From positions 40,203-104,202 of IMG/VR virus record IMGVR_UViG_3300013121_000035: a stretch of 64,000 nt of DNA. The stretch is one strand, 5' to 3'. The stretch comes from a virus (lineage: Duplodnaviria; Heunggongvirae; Uroviricota; Caudoviricetes). Position numbers and translations under genes: made by a program. Below the pieces are notes generated by a model that had not been told where the DNA came from, made no database searches, and saw nothing but the letters and a program-made list of their open reading frames with translations. Below, piece by piece: positions 19,855-28,229 of this stretch (positions are counted from its first letter, which is position 1; each line of letters starts with the position of its first letter).

Positions 19855-20047
19855 CGCCGTCCACGTGCGCATCTACGCCACCGACGCCGAATTCCACGCC
19901 GCCAACCCCTGGGACCCCGACTTCGCGGTCCACCTGGACACCACGACGCTGCACACCCTGCGCCGCGTCGTGGCCGGCAACGTCCTCATGCGGCCCCTGT
20001 CAGCCGAGATGGCCGACGCGATCACCCAGGAGCTCGCCCGCCGATGA
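19847..20047 (+). CDS. hypothetical small protein (66 aa)
   Basis: GTG start is preceded by GAGAGGAGG. Confidence 0.4.
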   Translation: MPDAVHVRIYATDAEFHAANPWDPDFAVHLDTTTLHTLRRVVAGNVLMRPLSAEMADAITQELARR

Positions 20048-20172
20048 CCGACGAACCCATCGAACACCTCCCGCCGTGCGCCGGCCCGGTCGGCCACGAC
20101 TGCGAGCGCAACGTCGGCGCGTGCGAAGGCGTCTGCGTCGACTGCGCCTGCTGCCCACCCAAACGGCCATGA
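20044..20172 (+). CDS. tiny Cys-rich protein (42 aa)
   Basis: ATGA overlaps at both ends. Seven Cys in 42 aa (CAGPVGHDCERNVGACEGVCVDCACC). Confidence 0.35.
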   Translation: MTDEPIEHLPPCAGPVGHDCERNVGACEGVCVDCACCPPKRP

Positions 20173-20474
20173 CCCGCAAGGCCAGCCGCAAGATCCCCGT
20201 CCACCACGCCCACGGCTGCGTGGGCTGCCGCACCCGCTACATGGACTCCTGCCGCACCCCGGCGGTCAACGAGCGGTGCATCGCGTGCCGCACCGGCGCG
20301 CCCCGCGTCATCTGGGAAGCCGACTACGACCCGCGGCCGTGCTGCCGCGACCGGCCCGTGCTCGTCACCGACACCGAGACCCTCAACCGTTACGCGCTCG
20401 GTGGCTCCAGCGCCTGGTGGCAGTGCCGTACCTGCGCCAGAACCCACCCCTACGACCCTTCCATCGAGGTGTAG
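20169..20474 (+). CDS. Cys-rich zinc-ribbon protein (101 aa)
   Basis: Multiple CxxC pairs (CVGCRTRY, CIACRTG, CCRDRP, CRTCAR). Confidence 0.45.
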   Translation: MTRKASRKIPVHHAHGCVGCRTRYMDSCRTPAVNERCIACRTGAPRVIWEADYDPRPCCRDRPVLVTDTETLNRYALGGSSAWWQCRTCARTHPYDPSIEV

Positions 20475-20476
20475 CC

Positions 20477-20806
20477 ATGCCAGATCCCATCCCCGACTTC
20501 GAGGGCGCCCACGTCGCAGCCGCCTTCCTCAAGTTGCGTGTCAGCGGCCGGCTGGACTGCGACGACCGGATCGTGCAGATGGACGACGTCGTCAAGCTCG
20601 AAGTCCTCGGCCGCGTCGCCGGCGTCACCCACGAACTGGACGAAAAACGCGGTGAGCTGCACCGCATCCAAGCGATCCGCGTCGCCGAAGTCGACTTCGC
20701 GCCCTGGCAGAAGCCCGACCACGTCTGCCTGGACTGCGGCTCCACCGCCGTCAAGGAAGTACCCCAGCCAGGCGACGACGGGGTGCTGCGCGAGCAGGTC
20801 CCATGA
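20477..20806 (+). CDS. hypothetical protein (109 aa)
   Basis: ATG lies 3 nt after the previous stop. Contains a C-terminal CLDCGS motif. Confidence 0.4.
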   Translation: MPDPIPDFEGAHVAAAFLKLRVSGRLDCDDRIVQMDDVVKLEVLGRVAGVTHELDEKRGELHRIQAIRVAEVDFAPWQKPDHVCLDCGSTAVKEVPQPGDDGVLREQVP

Positions 20807-20976
20807 GCAGCCGTTTCGTGTTCGCCCTGGCCATCGGCGGGATCGGCGGGCTGGTGCTTGGCGCTCTGATCAGCGGCTGGTTCGGCATCGGCGGGCACCT
20901 GGTCCTCATCGGCGTGCTGCTCGCCGTCGTCATCTGGCAAGACCGCGACCGTCGCCGGCGAGGCGAACGGTGGTGA
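20803..20976 (+). CDS. small 2-TM membrane protein (57 aa)
   Basis: ATGA overlap. FVFALAIGGIGGLVLGALISGWFGIGGHLVLIGVLLAVVIW. Confidence 0.4.
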   Translation: MSSRFVFALAIGGIGGLVLGALISGWFGIGGHLVLIGVLLAVVIWQDRDRRRRGERW

Positions 20977-21254
20977 CGACCGACTGCCACGGCGAGTGCT
21001 GGCGGGTCCACATGGACTGCGCCATCACCAAAGCCATCGACGACGTCCGCGTCGCCCTGCACGAAGACAACGCAGCCCTGGACGTCGCCGAAGCTGCCGT
21101 GTACGCCGCCGCGCCGACCCTGCTCGCCCACGGCCGCACGGTCGCTCAGCTCGACCACCGCTGCCCCGCCAAAGGCCAGTTCGACCGGCGCCTGCACCAG
21201 TGCCGGCACTGGGCCGGGCACAGCGGCCCCTGCCTGTTCGGAGACACCCCGTGA
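20973..21254 (+). CDS. hypothetical Cys/His-rich protein (93 aa)
   Basis: GTGA overlap. CHGECWRVHMDC...HRCP...HQCRH. Confidence 0.35.
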   Translation: MTTDCHGECWRVHMDCAITKAIDDVRVALHEDNAALDVAEAAVYAAAPTLLAHGRTVAQLDHRCPAKGQFDRRLHQCRHWAGHSGPCLFGDTP

Positions 21255-21601
21255 CCTTGCCCGCCGCCGTCCAGATCGGCCCGCACCGCTACGACGTGCA
21301 GTGCGACGCTGACGCCACCGTCGCGCTGCGCGAGCTCGCACCCGACCGGATCGGCTCCAGCGACGCCGGTGCGCTGCGCATCCAGATCGCCCACCACCTG
21401 CACCCCAGTCAGCAGCAAGACACCCTGCTCCACGAGATCTTGCACATGCTGCTGCATCAGCTCGGCCTGCAACCCAGCCTCGCCAACGCCAGCCACGACG
21501 ACGACGTCGAAGAACGTGTCGTCCATGCACTCGCACCCGCCCTGCTGGACCTGCTGCGCCGCAACCCCGACCTCGTCGCCTACCTGGTGGCCGACCAATG
21601 A
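21251..21601 (+). CDS. hypothetical protein with HEXXH motif (possible ImmA/IrrE-like metallopeptidase)
   Basis: GTGA overlap. HEILHMLLHQLG resembles the HExxH zinc-peptidase motif of ImmA/IrrE. The call is weak. Confidence 0.3.
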   Translation: MTLPAAVQIGPHRYDVQCDADATVALRELAPDRIGSSDAGALRIQIAHHLHPSQQQDTLLHEILHMLLHQLGLQPSLANASHDDDVEERVVHALAPALLDLLRRNPDLVAYLVADQ

Positions 21602-22077
21602 GCGCCGCGACCTGCCGGCGGTGCGAGGTGGACGTCAACAGCGCAACCCCCGGCTGTCCTGCCTGCTACCAGCGGCACTGGTACCGGCGCAAACGCTCCG
21701 GCCTGCCGATGGACCCCGGTCTGCTCTGCCCGCACGGAGTGGCGAAACGAACCTCCTTTGGGACCGGCGCGAAGGACTGCACGGACTGCCGCCGCGCTCG
21801 AAGTCGAGAAAGCACCAAACGAACGTACGCGCGGCGCCGCGCCGACCCCGCATGGGCGTGGTGGTTCGAGCAGCGCAACGCTGCCAAGCGGGCCGCCGGT
21901 CGCCGGGAGCGACTCAAGGGCCGCGTCGGCTACCCCAGCTGCCCCCACGGCGTGGTCAAGCTGCGCCTGGACGGGTCGCGGGCCAAACGCTGTCCGGACT
22001 GCAAGCGGGAACGTGACCGGCTGGCACACCAGCGCCGACGCGCACGGCAACGATCAACAGGGGGAGTGCATGGCTGA
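21598..22077 (+). CDS. basic Cys-rich protein with duplicated CPHGV...CxDCxRxR motif
   Basis: Two copies of CPHGV(A/V)K...C(T/P)DC(R/K)R(A/E)R, plus an N-terminal CRRC...CPAC. Confidence 0.4.
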   Translation: MSAATCRRCEVDVNSATPGCPACYQRHWYRRKRSGLPMDPGLLCPHGVAKRTSFGTGAKDCTDCRRARSRESTKRTYARRRADPAWAWWFEQRNAAKRAAGRRERLKGRVGYPSCPHGVVKLRLDGSRAKRCPDCKRERDRLAHQRRRARQRSTGGVHG

Positions 22078-22348
22078 GCACGTTATCTACGCGATGGAGT
22101 TCACCCCCGACGGTGGTGTGGCGATCAGCTACAACGAGCTGCCCACCGACGTGCGCAACGAAGGCTCCCTGTTCGTCACCCACCACCTGGAGATCGCCGA
22201 CTGCCCCGACTACCGCGAAGGCATCGAGGCCGTCCAGGACGCCCTGCGCGAGCTGCTGCGTGACGCGCTGGACGACCTCACCAGCACCGAACCTGTGGAC
22301 TTGCGAGCCATCCAGGAGCCCGACCCCGACCCTGACGATGACGACTGA
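22070..22348 (+). CDS. hypothetical acidic protein (92 aa)
   Basis: ATG overlaps the previous gene by 8 nt. Asp-rich C-terminus. Confidence 0.4.
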   Translation: MAEHVIYAMEFTPDGGVAISYNELPTDVRNEGSLFVTHHLEIADCPDYREGIEAVQDALRELLRDALDDLTSTEPVDLRAIQEPDPDPDDDD

Positions 22349-22427
22349 CCGACGCTGTTCCCCGCGGTTCGGCTTGAACCAGCACGCAGCCGTACCCCGC
22401 AGCCGCCAGGCGGCGCCTCAAGGGGAG

Positions 22428-22589
22428 ATGAGCGACAGATACGTCAGGTACCCCATCGGCAGCCTGCATCCTGACACCGACCGCGCGGTGCGCTTCGCCG
22501 CCTGGGCGTTCGCTGCGCTGTGCACGGTGACGACCGTTGTCGTGGTCTTGTTCGTCACCACCTGGGTCTCGGTCCACGTCCTCAGCTGA
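22428..22589 (+). CDS. small membrane protein (53 aa)
   Basis: AAGGGGAG RBS. TM segment AAWAFAALCTVTTVVVVLFVTTWV. Confidence 0.3.
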   Translation: MSDRYVRYPIGSLHPDTDRAVRFAAWAFAALCTVTTVVVVLFVTTWVSVHVLS

Positions 22590-22703
22590 GTGGCCGGATT
22601 GCGACGAATCAGTGCTTGGGATAAGGTAGCGCCGCTCTGACACACAGCCGCAACGGGCCGCCCCCACGGTGGCCCGTTGTGCTGTCCAGAAGGGGGGGCC
22701 TTC

Positions 22704-23012
22704 ATGGACGAAGCAGCACTGTGCAGCGCCGACGTCCGCGCCGCCGTCCTGGCACGCGACAACTCCACCTGCCGGATCTGCGGCGTCTGGCAGCAACGCC
22801 CAGCGTTGCACCACATCCAGTACCGCTCCGGCGGCGGCGAGGACACCGTCGACAACCTCATCACCGTCTGCTGGCTGCCCGGCACCAACAACTGCCACGC
22901 CAACCGTGCGCACGCCGACAAGCGCACCTGGCAGCCCATCCTGCAACAGCTGGTCCACACCCCCGGCGTCACCGGCTTCCAGCTGCTGCGCTGGGCGGCG
23001 GCCTGGTCATGA
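22704..23012 (+). CDS. HNH endonuclease
   Basis: CRICG...HHIQYRSGGGEDTVDNLITVC...NCH matches the HNH motif. RBS AGGGGGGG precedes the ATG. Confidence 0.65.
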   Translation: MDEAALCSADVRAAVLARDNSTCRICGVWQQRPALHHIQYRSGGGEDTVDNLITVCWLPGTNNCHANRAHADKRTWQPILQQLVHTPGVTGFQLLRWAAAWS

Positions 23013-23137
23013 TCACCTGCGAGAACTGCGGGGAGCCGTTCGACCCCATCGCCACCCGATGGCGCTGTCCCCACTGTGGCCTCAAAGCGCACTGCTGCGA
23101 GGGAGCACCCCAGTCGTGCGCTCCGCCACCCGGGTAA
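23009..23137 (+). CDS. zinc-ribbon peptide (42 aa)
   Basis: ATGA overlap. CENCG...CPHCG. Confidence 0.35.
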   Translation: MITCENCGEPFDPIATRWRCPHCGLKAHCCEGAPQSCAPPPG

Positions 23138-23286
23138 CCCAGAGCCGGGCGCGCTGCACCCGCTGTGGCGCCACGTTCGTGTTCTGGCGCCGCCAAGCCA
23201 AGAAGCGCGCCCCCGGCCACCGAAAGCACCTGTGGTGCCCGCGCTGCCAGCGCGTCACCGCCCACATCGAACAATCCGACGACTGA
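23116..23286 (+). CDS. zinc-ribbon protein (56 aa)
   Basis: GTG start within the previous gene's end. CTRCG...CPRCQ. Confidence 0.3.
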   Translation: MRSATRVTQSRARCTRCGATFVFWRRQAKKRAPGHRKHLWCPRCQRVTAHIEQSDD

Positions 23287-23310
23287 ACGACGAGGAGTAG
23301 AGAACAGCTC

Positions 23311-23538
23311 GTGCCGTTTCATCCGCGTATCACCCACATCCACCGTCACAAGGCGTTCGTCGCCGGCTTCCAGATGGGTCGCCTGGACAGTGACCTGGCC
23401 GCCGGCGACACCCAGCCGCGACTGGTCTACGCCCACCTCGCCGACCAGGCCGACCTCATCGCCATGCGCCACGGCTACACCGTCACCCTGTCACCCACCG
23501 ACGACGCCACCTGGGCGTGGCTGGAGGTCCACGCCTGA
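23311..23538 (+). CDS. hypothetical protein (75 aa)
   Basis: GTG start with GAGGAG upstream. Confidence 0.35.
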   Translation: MPFHPRITHIHRHKAFVAGFQMGRLDSDLAAGDTQPRLVYAHLADQADLIAMRHGYTVTLSPTDDATWAWLEVHA

Positions 23539-23563
23539 CCTTCACGTGACACAGGAGCGCGCA

Positions 23564-23776
23564 GTGCCAACCCGCATCCCCACCAACCCTGACGGCACCC
23601 GCACCTGCACCCAGTGCGGCCAGGCCAAACCCGAGGACGCCTACTACAGCTACCCGCCACGCGCCGGCCGGCCGACCCCCCAGCGGTTCGGCTACTGCAA
23701 AGACTGCGCCCGCTTGCGCCGGCGCCAGCGCATCGACCCCCAGTTCCGGCTCGTCGACGTCCTGGTCAGCCGCTGA
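23564..23776 (+). CDS. basic zinc-ribbon protein (70 aa)
   Basis: CAGGAG RBS. CTQCG...CKDC. Confidence 0.4.
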   Translation: MPTRIPTNPDGTRTCTQCGQAKPEDAYYSYPPRAGRPTPQRFGYCKDCARLRRRQRIDPQFRLVDVLVSR

Positions 23777-23838
23777 GCTCGAATGGCCACCCCCAACCGC
23801 CGATCTGTCAACACAACAGGCGCGGCCAGGGGGTGGCA

Positions 23839-24903
23839 ATGGATTCGGAGTACCAGGCAGACGACCCGCGACATCCCAACGCCCCAGTGCACGGGGCCGA
23901 GGACGACGATCAGCGGCGCAGTGACCTCACCATCGCCGAGGTCGTCGCTGGTCTCGGTGACGTTGCGCTGGCACCCGTGCAGCTGCGCGAGCCCCAGCTC
24001 GACGACGACGAGGATGGGCAGCCGCCCCGGCGCGGCGTGGCCTCCAGCGCCACCGTCGCCCACATGCGCGCCATCATGGCCGTCTGCAAGCAGCTCGGCC
24101 TGCGTGTCATGGAAGCCCCCGGCTGGGAGACCCGCGGCCGTTCGATCCTGACCCCGGCCTACTCCATCCAGCACCACACCGCCGTCACCAACGACTGCGA
24201 CTACGTGCTCATCAATGGCCGCAGCGACCTCACCGGCCCGCTGTGCAACTTCGCCCACCACAGCGACGGCACCGTCGTCGCCATCGCCGCCGGCCGGGCC
24301 AACCACGTCGGCGTCGGCACCGTAACCAACAGCGAAAGTTACGGCATCGAGACCACCGGGCCAGTCCCGCTGACCGCGAGCGGCCCGCCCGCGTTCCCCG
24401 AGTACGCCACCGGCGTCCTACTGCAGGCCGCCATCTGCATCCATCACCGCTGGGACCCCAAGGCCAGGGTGCTCGGCCACAAGGAAGTCGCCAGGCCACT
24501 GGGCCGCAAGGTCGACCCGGCCTACGACATGAACGCCATGCGCAACGCGGTCGCCGCAGCGATCGCCGCCCACACTCACAACGTATCGGGGGGGGACCTC
24601 AGCATCGTGGACGCCGCAACCAAGACCTACCTGGACAACCAGTTCAACACCCTCATGCGCGGCACCGCCGCCGGCAAGCTGGACTCCCACCCCTACAACC
24701 TGGAGGAGATCCGCACCCGGCTGCTGAACCTCACCCAGACCGTCGAGCTGATTCGCCTGGGCGACAACCCCGACCCGGCCGGCGGCGACACCCACCCGCA
24801 GAACCTCGACAGCATCTGGAAGGCGCTCAACGCCGTGCGCGCCGACGTCATCAGCCTCAAGGAGACCCTTGGCCGGGTGGAGACTGCCCTGACCGCCAAG
24901 TAA
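23839..24903 (+). CDS. N-acetylmuramoyl-L-alanine amidase (Amidase_2 / PGRP domain) with N- and C-terminal extensions
   Basis: HHTAV...DCDYV...GHKEV...KVDPAYD is a PGRP-type zinc amidase pattern in the central region. Acidic N-terminal 100 aa. Confidence 0.55.
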   Translation: MDSEYQADDPRHPNAPVHGAEDDDQRRSDLTIAEVVAGLGDVALAPVQLREPQLDDDEDGQPPRRGVASSATVAHMRAIMAVCKQLGLRVMEAPGWETRGRSILTPAYSIQHHTAVTNDCDYVLINGRSDLTGPLCNFAHHSDGTVVAIAAGRANHVGVGTVTNSESYGIETTGPVPLTASGPPAFPEYATGVLLQAAICIHHRWDPKARVLGHKEVARPLGRKVDPAYDMNAMRNAVAAAIAAHTHNVSGGDLSIVDAATKTYLDNQFNTLMRGTAAGKLDSHPYNLEEIRTRLLNLTQTVELIRLGDNPDPAGGDTHPQNLDSIWKALNAVRADVISLKETLGRVETALTAK

Positions 24904-24909
24904 ACCCTG

Positions 24910-25022
24910 GCCCCGTTCCAGCTCGGGATGGTCTGCGCGACCCAGGTGCCAAGAGCCACGCAGGACGGCCACGGGGAATGCACGAGTCGTGCGGTATCTC
25001 GGTTCGAGTCCGAGGCGGGGCT
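24910..25022 (+). other. tRNA-like element (T-arm plus 7-bp acceptor pairing, 113 nt, non-canonical)
   Basis: Near-canonical T-arm ctcgg-TTCGAGT-ccgag (24998-25014) is followed by gcggggc + t. The complementary 5' strand gccccgt (24910-24916) is followed by U8. The 81-nt interior does not fold into a standard D/anticodon/variable arrangement by eye. Confidence 0.3.
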
Positions 25023-25093
25023 CAAAGCAGGTGGTGACAAAGTCGCACCAGTCCCCGCTACACTGACTGGAGAACGGACAAGGGGGACACGCC

Positions 25094-25270
25094 GTGCGAC
25101 CGCTGCGCCTGCCATCCACGCTTGCTGCCTATCCAGGCCAGTGGGTGCTGCTGCGCGGTCAGGACGTCATCGCCCACGCCATCCGCATGGACGACCTGCC
25201 GCGGGTTCCCGGCAGCCTGCTCCTGCGGGTCCCCGCCGTCGATGAGCCCGAACTGGTCGGGCTCGGCTGA
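25094..25270 (+). CDS. hypothetical small protein (58 aa, below track cutoff)
   Basis: AAGGGGGA RBS precedes GTG 25094. High GC3. Stop overlaps the next ATG. Confidence 0.35.
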   Translation: MRPLRLPSTLAAYPGQWVLLRGQDVIAHAIRMDDLPRVPGSLLLRVPAVDEPELVGLG

Positions 25271-25686
25271 TGGCCAACCCGATCTTCGGCCCCTGGCCTG
25301 ACGTCCCCGCCGCTGAGGGCGCGCCGGTCGTCCCAACGCCCGTTGGCAGCGTCTGCCACCTGTGCGACGAGCCGATCCGCGACGGTGAGTTTGGCACCGT
25401 CCTGCAAGGCTACCGCCTTGGTGACGACGGCCAGCTGATGGGGGAGCGACTGGCCCAGCACGCCGAATGCGGCCTGATGAACGTGACCGGCAGCCCCGCG
25501 TGCGCCCAGCACGCCTGCAACGGGCCAGGCTCGGACCACACCACCTGCGCGACCTGCGCATCGCTGGTCGGCGACGGCGACCACCTCCAGTGCGAGCGCA
25601 AGAACGGTGAGCTCACCGTCATGAGCCGTCACGAGCAGGCCCGCTGGGTGTGGGACTGGGTCCAGCGAGGCGGCTTGCGTGCCTGA
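25270..25686 (+). CDS. Cys-rich hypothetical protein (138 aa)
   Basis: CHLCDE...C...C..C...CATCAS...C: eight Cys. Confidence 0.45.
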   Translation: MANPIFGPWPDVPAAEGAPVVPTPVGSVCHLCDEPIRDGEFGTVLQGYRLGDDGQLMGERLAQHAECGLMNVTGSPACAQHACNGPGSDHTTCATCASLVGDGDHLQCERKNGELTVMSRHEQARWVWDWVQRGGLRA

Positions 25687-26071
25687 CGCCTTCGAGGAGC
25701 CGACCTCCAGTTCGGAAGCTGAACGGCGCATCAAGATCCTCGCCGGGGAGCTGCGCGACATCGAAGCCCAACTCGGCACCGACACCCCGCCGCGGCCCAT
25801 GACCCCAGAGATGCGCGGTCGCTGGCGCGCCGACGCCAACGCTGCCCACCGCCACAAGACCGCCGAGTACCGTCAGTTGCGCGCCTGGCTCAACCAGCAG
25901 CGCCGCACGCAGGCAGGCCCTGGGCAAGCCACCCTGGATGAGCTGTTCGGCGCCCAGCGCCGCGTCGCTGACGTGTACCGTCACGCGGTCGCCTGGGCGC
26001 TGGACCCCACCGAGCAGCGTGCTGAGGAGCTGCGCGCCGCCGTCCGAGACGCCGAAGGGCTGGGCGAATGA
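25679..26071 (+). CDS. hypothetical protein (130 aa)
   Basis: GTG start overlaps the previous stop. Arg-rich helical protein. Confidence 0.4.
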   Translation: MPDAFEEPTSSSEAERRIKILAGELRDIEAQLGTDTPPRPMTPEMRGRWRADANAAHRHKTAEYRQLRAWLNQQRRTQAGPGQATLDELFGAQRRVADVYRHAVAWALDPTEQRAEELRAAVRDAEGLGE

Positions 26072-26223
26072 GCCCACGCTGCCTGGCCAGGTTCACCCGG
26101 CCGGCGTTCGGGGTGCTGCACTGCCAGCTCGACGCCGACCACACCACCGACCCTGACCGGGTATGGCACCGCGTCGAAGGCCACACCCACGGGCAGTGGT
26201 GGGCGTTCGGCTGGCGGTCCTAG
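26068..26223 (+). CDS. hypothetical small protein (51 aa)
   Basis: ATGA overlap. High GC3. Confidence 0.3.
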   Translation: MSPRCLARFTRPAFGVLHCQLDADHTTDPDRVWHRVEGHTHGQWWAFGWRS

Positions 26224-26288
26224 AGGACCACCTGCGAGGACCATTCTGCGCAAACGGGCGTCGACATCCCTGGTGACAGGGAGGTGTC

Positions 26289-26951
26289 ATGCCGGTTCTC
26301 GACCGCCGCATCCAGTTCGACGAGCGTTCTCGTGCCTATCCGATCCGCGCGCTGCTGCCACCCAAGCCGCTGCGCGGCTGGACCTGGCGCGGCGGTCCGG
26401 TCCTTGACCAGGGTGAGGAAGGCGCCTGTGTCGGGTTCGCCTGGGCGGGGGAGGCCGGCGCCAGCCCCGTGCGTGTCCCGGGCATCACCGACGCGGTCGC
26501 GCTGGCCATCTACCAGCAGGCCCGCACCCTGGACGAGTGGCCCGGCGAGGACTACGACGGCACCAGCGTGCTCGGCGGCGCCAAGGCGATGCAGGCCCGT
26601 CACTGGCTGCGGGAGTACCGCTGGGGCTTCTCCATCGACGACGTCCTGGATGCGCTTGCCTGGCACGGCCCGATCGTGGTTGGCACCAACTGGCGTGACG
26701 CCATGTACGACCCGCGCCCTAGCGGCCTGGTCGACGTCAGCGGCCCGGTCGTCGGCGGTCACGCCTGGCTGCTGCGCGGCCTGTCGCTGCACCCGCGCCT
26801 GCCCGGCGAGACCCTCACCGAGCCGGTCGTGCGCGCCCGCAACTCCTGGGGGCCGAGCTACGGTGCCGGCGGGGACCTGTTCATCCGCGTCGCCGACCTC
26901 GCCGGGCTCCTGGATGACCAGGGCGAAGCGTGCGTGCCAGTACTGCGATGA
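26289..26951 (+). CDS. papain-like cysteine peptidase
   Basis: Catalytic-triad-like pattern: Q...EGACVGFAW (Cys), GGHAWLLRG (His), NSWG (Asn). RBS GGGAGG. Confidence 0.5.
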   Translation: MPVLDRRIQFDERSRAYPIRALLPPKPLRGWTWRGGPVLDQGEEGACVGFAWAGEAGASPVRVPGITDAVALAIYQQARTLDEWPGEDYDGTSVLGGAKAMQARHWLREYRWGFSIDDVLDALAWHGPIVVGTNWRDAMYDPRPSGLVDVSGPVVGGHAWLLRGLSLHPRLPGETLTEPVVRARNSWGPSYGAGGDLFIRVADLAGLLDDQGEACVPVLR

Positions 26952-27031
26952 GCGCGGCCGAGGCGCTGGTCTGGATCGTGGTCATCCTGCTGCTCGCCGC
27001 GGCGATCTGGCGGCTCGCCCGGCGGCGGTAG
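26948..27031 (+). CDS. 27-aa single-TM peptide
   Basis: ATGA overlap with the peptidase stop. MSAAEALVWIVVILLLAAAIWRLARRR. Confidence 0.3.
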   Translation: MSAAEALVWIVVILLLAAAIWRLARRR

Positions 27032-27289
27032 GGGAGGAGCGGAAGCGGACTGCGCCGGTCCTACGCAATCCGCTCCCGCAGCTGCGCCAGGGCAGCGCAG
27101 GACGGGTGGCCCCCCCGAGCAGACGGCAAAAAGACCGATCCCTGCCGCCGCTCCGTTCGTGTACGCTACGATACGTCTGAGGATTGTGCAACACGCGCGC
27201 GGTTTGAGTGGACTGGCCGGGTTCTGTTATCACTGACAGGACAGTCAGCACACCCACGCCGACACTGGCAACGGCCGTTAGGAGCGCTC

Positions 27290-27928
27290 GTGCACGAACC
27301 AGACCCACAGCAGCAAGCACCAAGCACGCCGCCGGGCGTGCCACCCCAGCACGAACTCGAAGAAGAAACCGGCACGTGGACCATCCAAGAACGCTTCATC
27401 GAGACCTGGACCCACGCCGGCATCGACTGCGCCATCGGGCACACCTCCCTGCAGGGCCGCTGCTTCAACGGCTACGCCCGGCTGCCCGACAATCACCCGC
27501 TGCGGCGCATTGTTGACGCCCATGCCACCCTGCGCCCCGACGACCCCGCCTGGCGGGTGCTCGAAAACGTGATCGAGGAGAGCGACTGGGGCCTGTCGGT
27601 CCACGGCGGGCTCAACTACGGCCCCGACGACGAGGGCTGGATCGGCTTCGACACCGCCCACGCCGGCGACCTGTGGCGGGCCGAGGACTTCCTGCCCCAC
27701 ATGACCGACAAGCAGCGTGCCGTGTTCGAGTACATGCGCGACAACCTCGTCGGACCCTATCCGGTTTTGCGGGACTGGTATGACGAGCACCACCCAGTCG
27801 AGTCCTTCTGGGTCGAGCGGCCGCGACTGTGGACTCTTGAGCGGCTGCGCAAGGAAGTCAACAGCCTCGCCGACCAGCTCGCCGATCAGATCGCTGAGGT
27901 CGCCCGCATGGTCGCCGAGGATCACTGA
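27290..27928 (+). CDS. hypothetical protein (212 aa)
   Basis: GTG start with TAGGAG RBS. W/H-rich. A 260-bp upstream non-coding region carries inverted repeats. Confidence 0.45.
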   Translation: MHEPDPQQQAPSTPPGVPPQHELEEETGTWTIQERFIETWTHAGIDCAIGHTSLQGRCFNGYARLPDNHPLRRIVDAHATLRPDDPAWRVLENVIEESDWGLSVHGGLNYGPDDEGWIGFDTAHAGDLWRAEDFLPHMTDKQRAVFEYMRDNLVGPYPVLRDWYDEHHPVESFWVERPRLWTLERLRKEVNSLADQLADQIAEVARMVAEDH

Positions 27929-28182
27929 CGCAGCAGCTCGGCCTCCAGCAGCGCCAACCGGGCTGCGGCCAGCTGCTGCTCGACCTTGGCCAGCTCACCC
28001 ATCAGTTGGCCGATCGGCAGGTAGGTGAGCTCCGGCCCCTCGTCGGCCAGCGCGACCGCGGTGCGCACCAGCTCCCGCAGCGTGTGTCGCAGGGTGCGCT
28101 CCGCGTCACAGGTGCGCACGTACGCGGTCGTTGCACGCCTGGCGATCTCGTTCACGAACCCCCCGAACGGGTGAGCGTCCAC
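27922..28182 (-). CDS. hypothetical coiled-coil protein (86 aa)
   Basis: Track ORF, convergent with the 27290..27928 gene. Confidence 0.4.
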   Translation of the reverse strand: MDAHPFGGFVNEIARRATTAYVRTCDAERTLRHTLRELVRTAVALADEGPELTYLPIGQLMGELAKVEQQLAAARLALLEAELLRQ

Positions 28183-28229
28183 TGTGACCAGATCGGGGAG
28201 TAACTTTCGCGATTTGAGGAGTGTGTCCG

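Noticed and set aside
21251-21601. Confident metallopeptidase call from HEILH motif
   Set aside because: A single HExxH in a 116-aa protein can arise by chance. Kept only as a low-confidence ImmA/IrrE-like suggestion.
24910-25022. Calling a canonical tRNA gene (or suppressor tRNA)
   Set aside because: Length 113 nt. No D-arm or anticodon-arm fold could be built, and no CUA/UCA/UUA triplet sits in a loop context. Kept only as a tRNA-like element.
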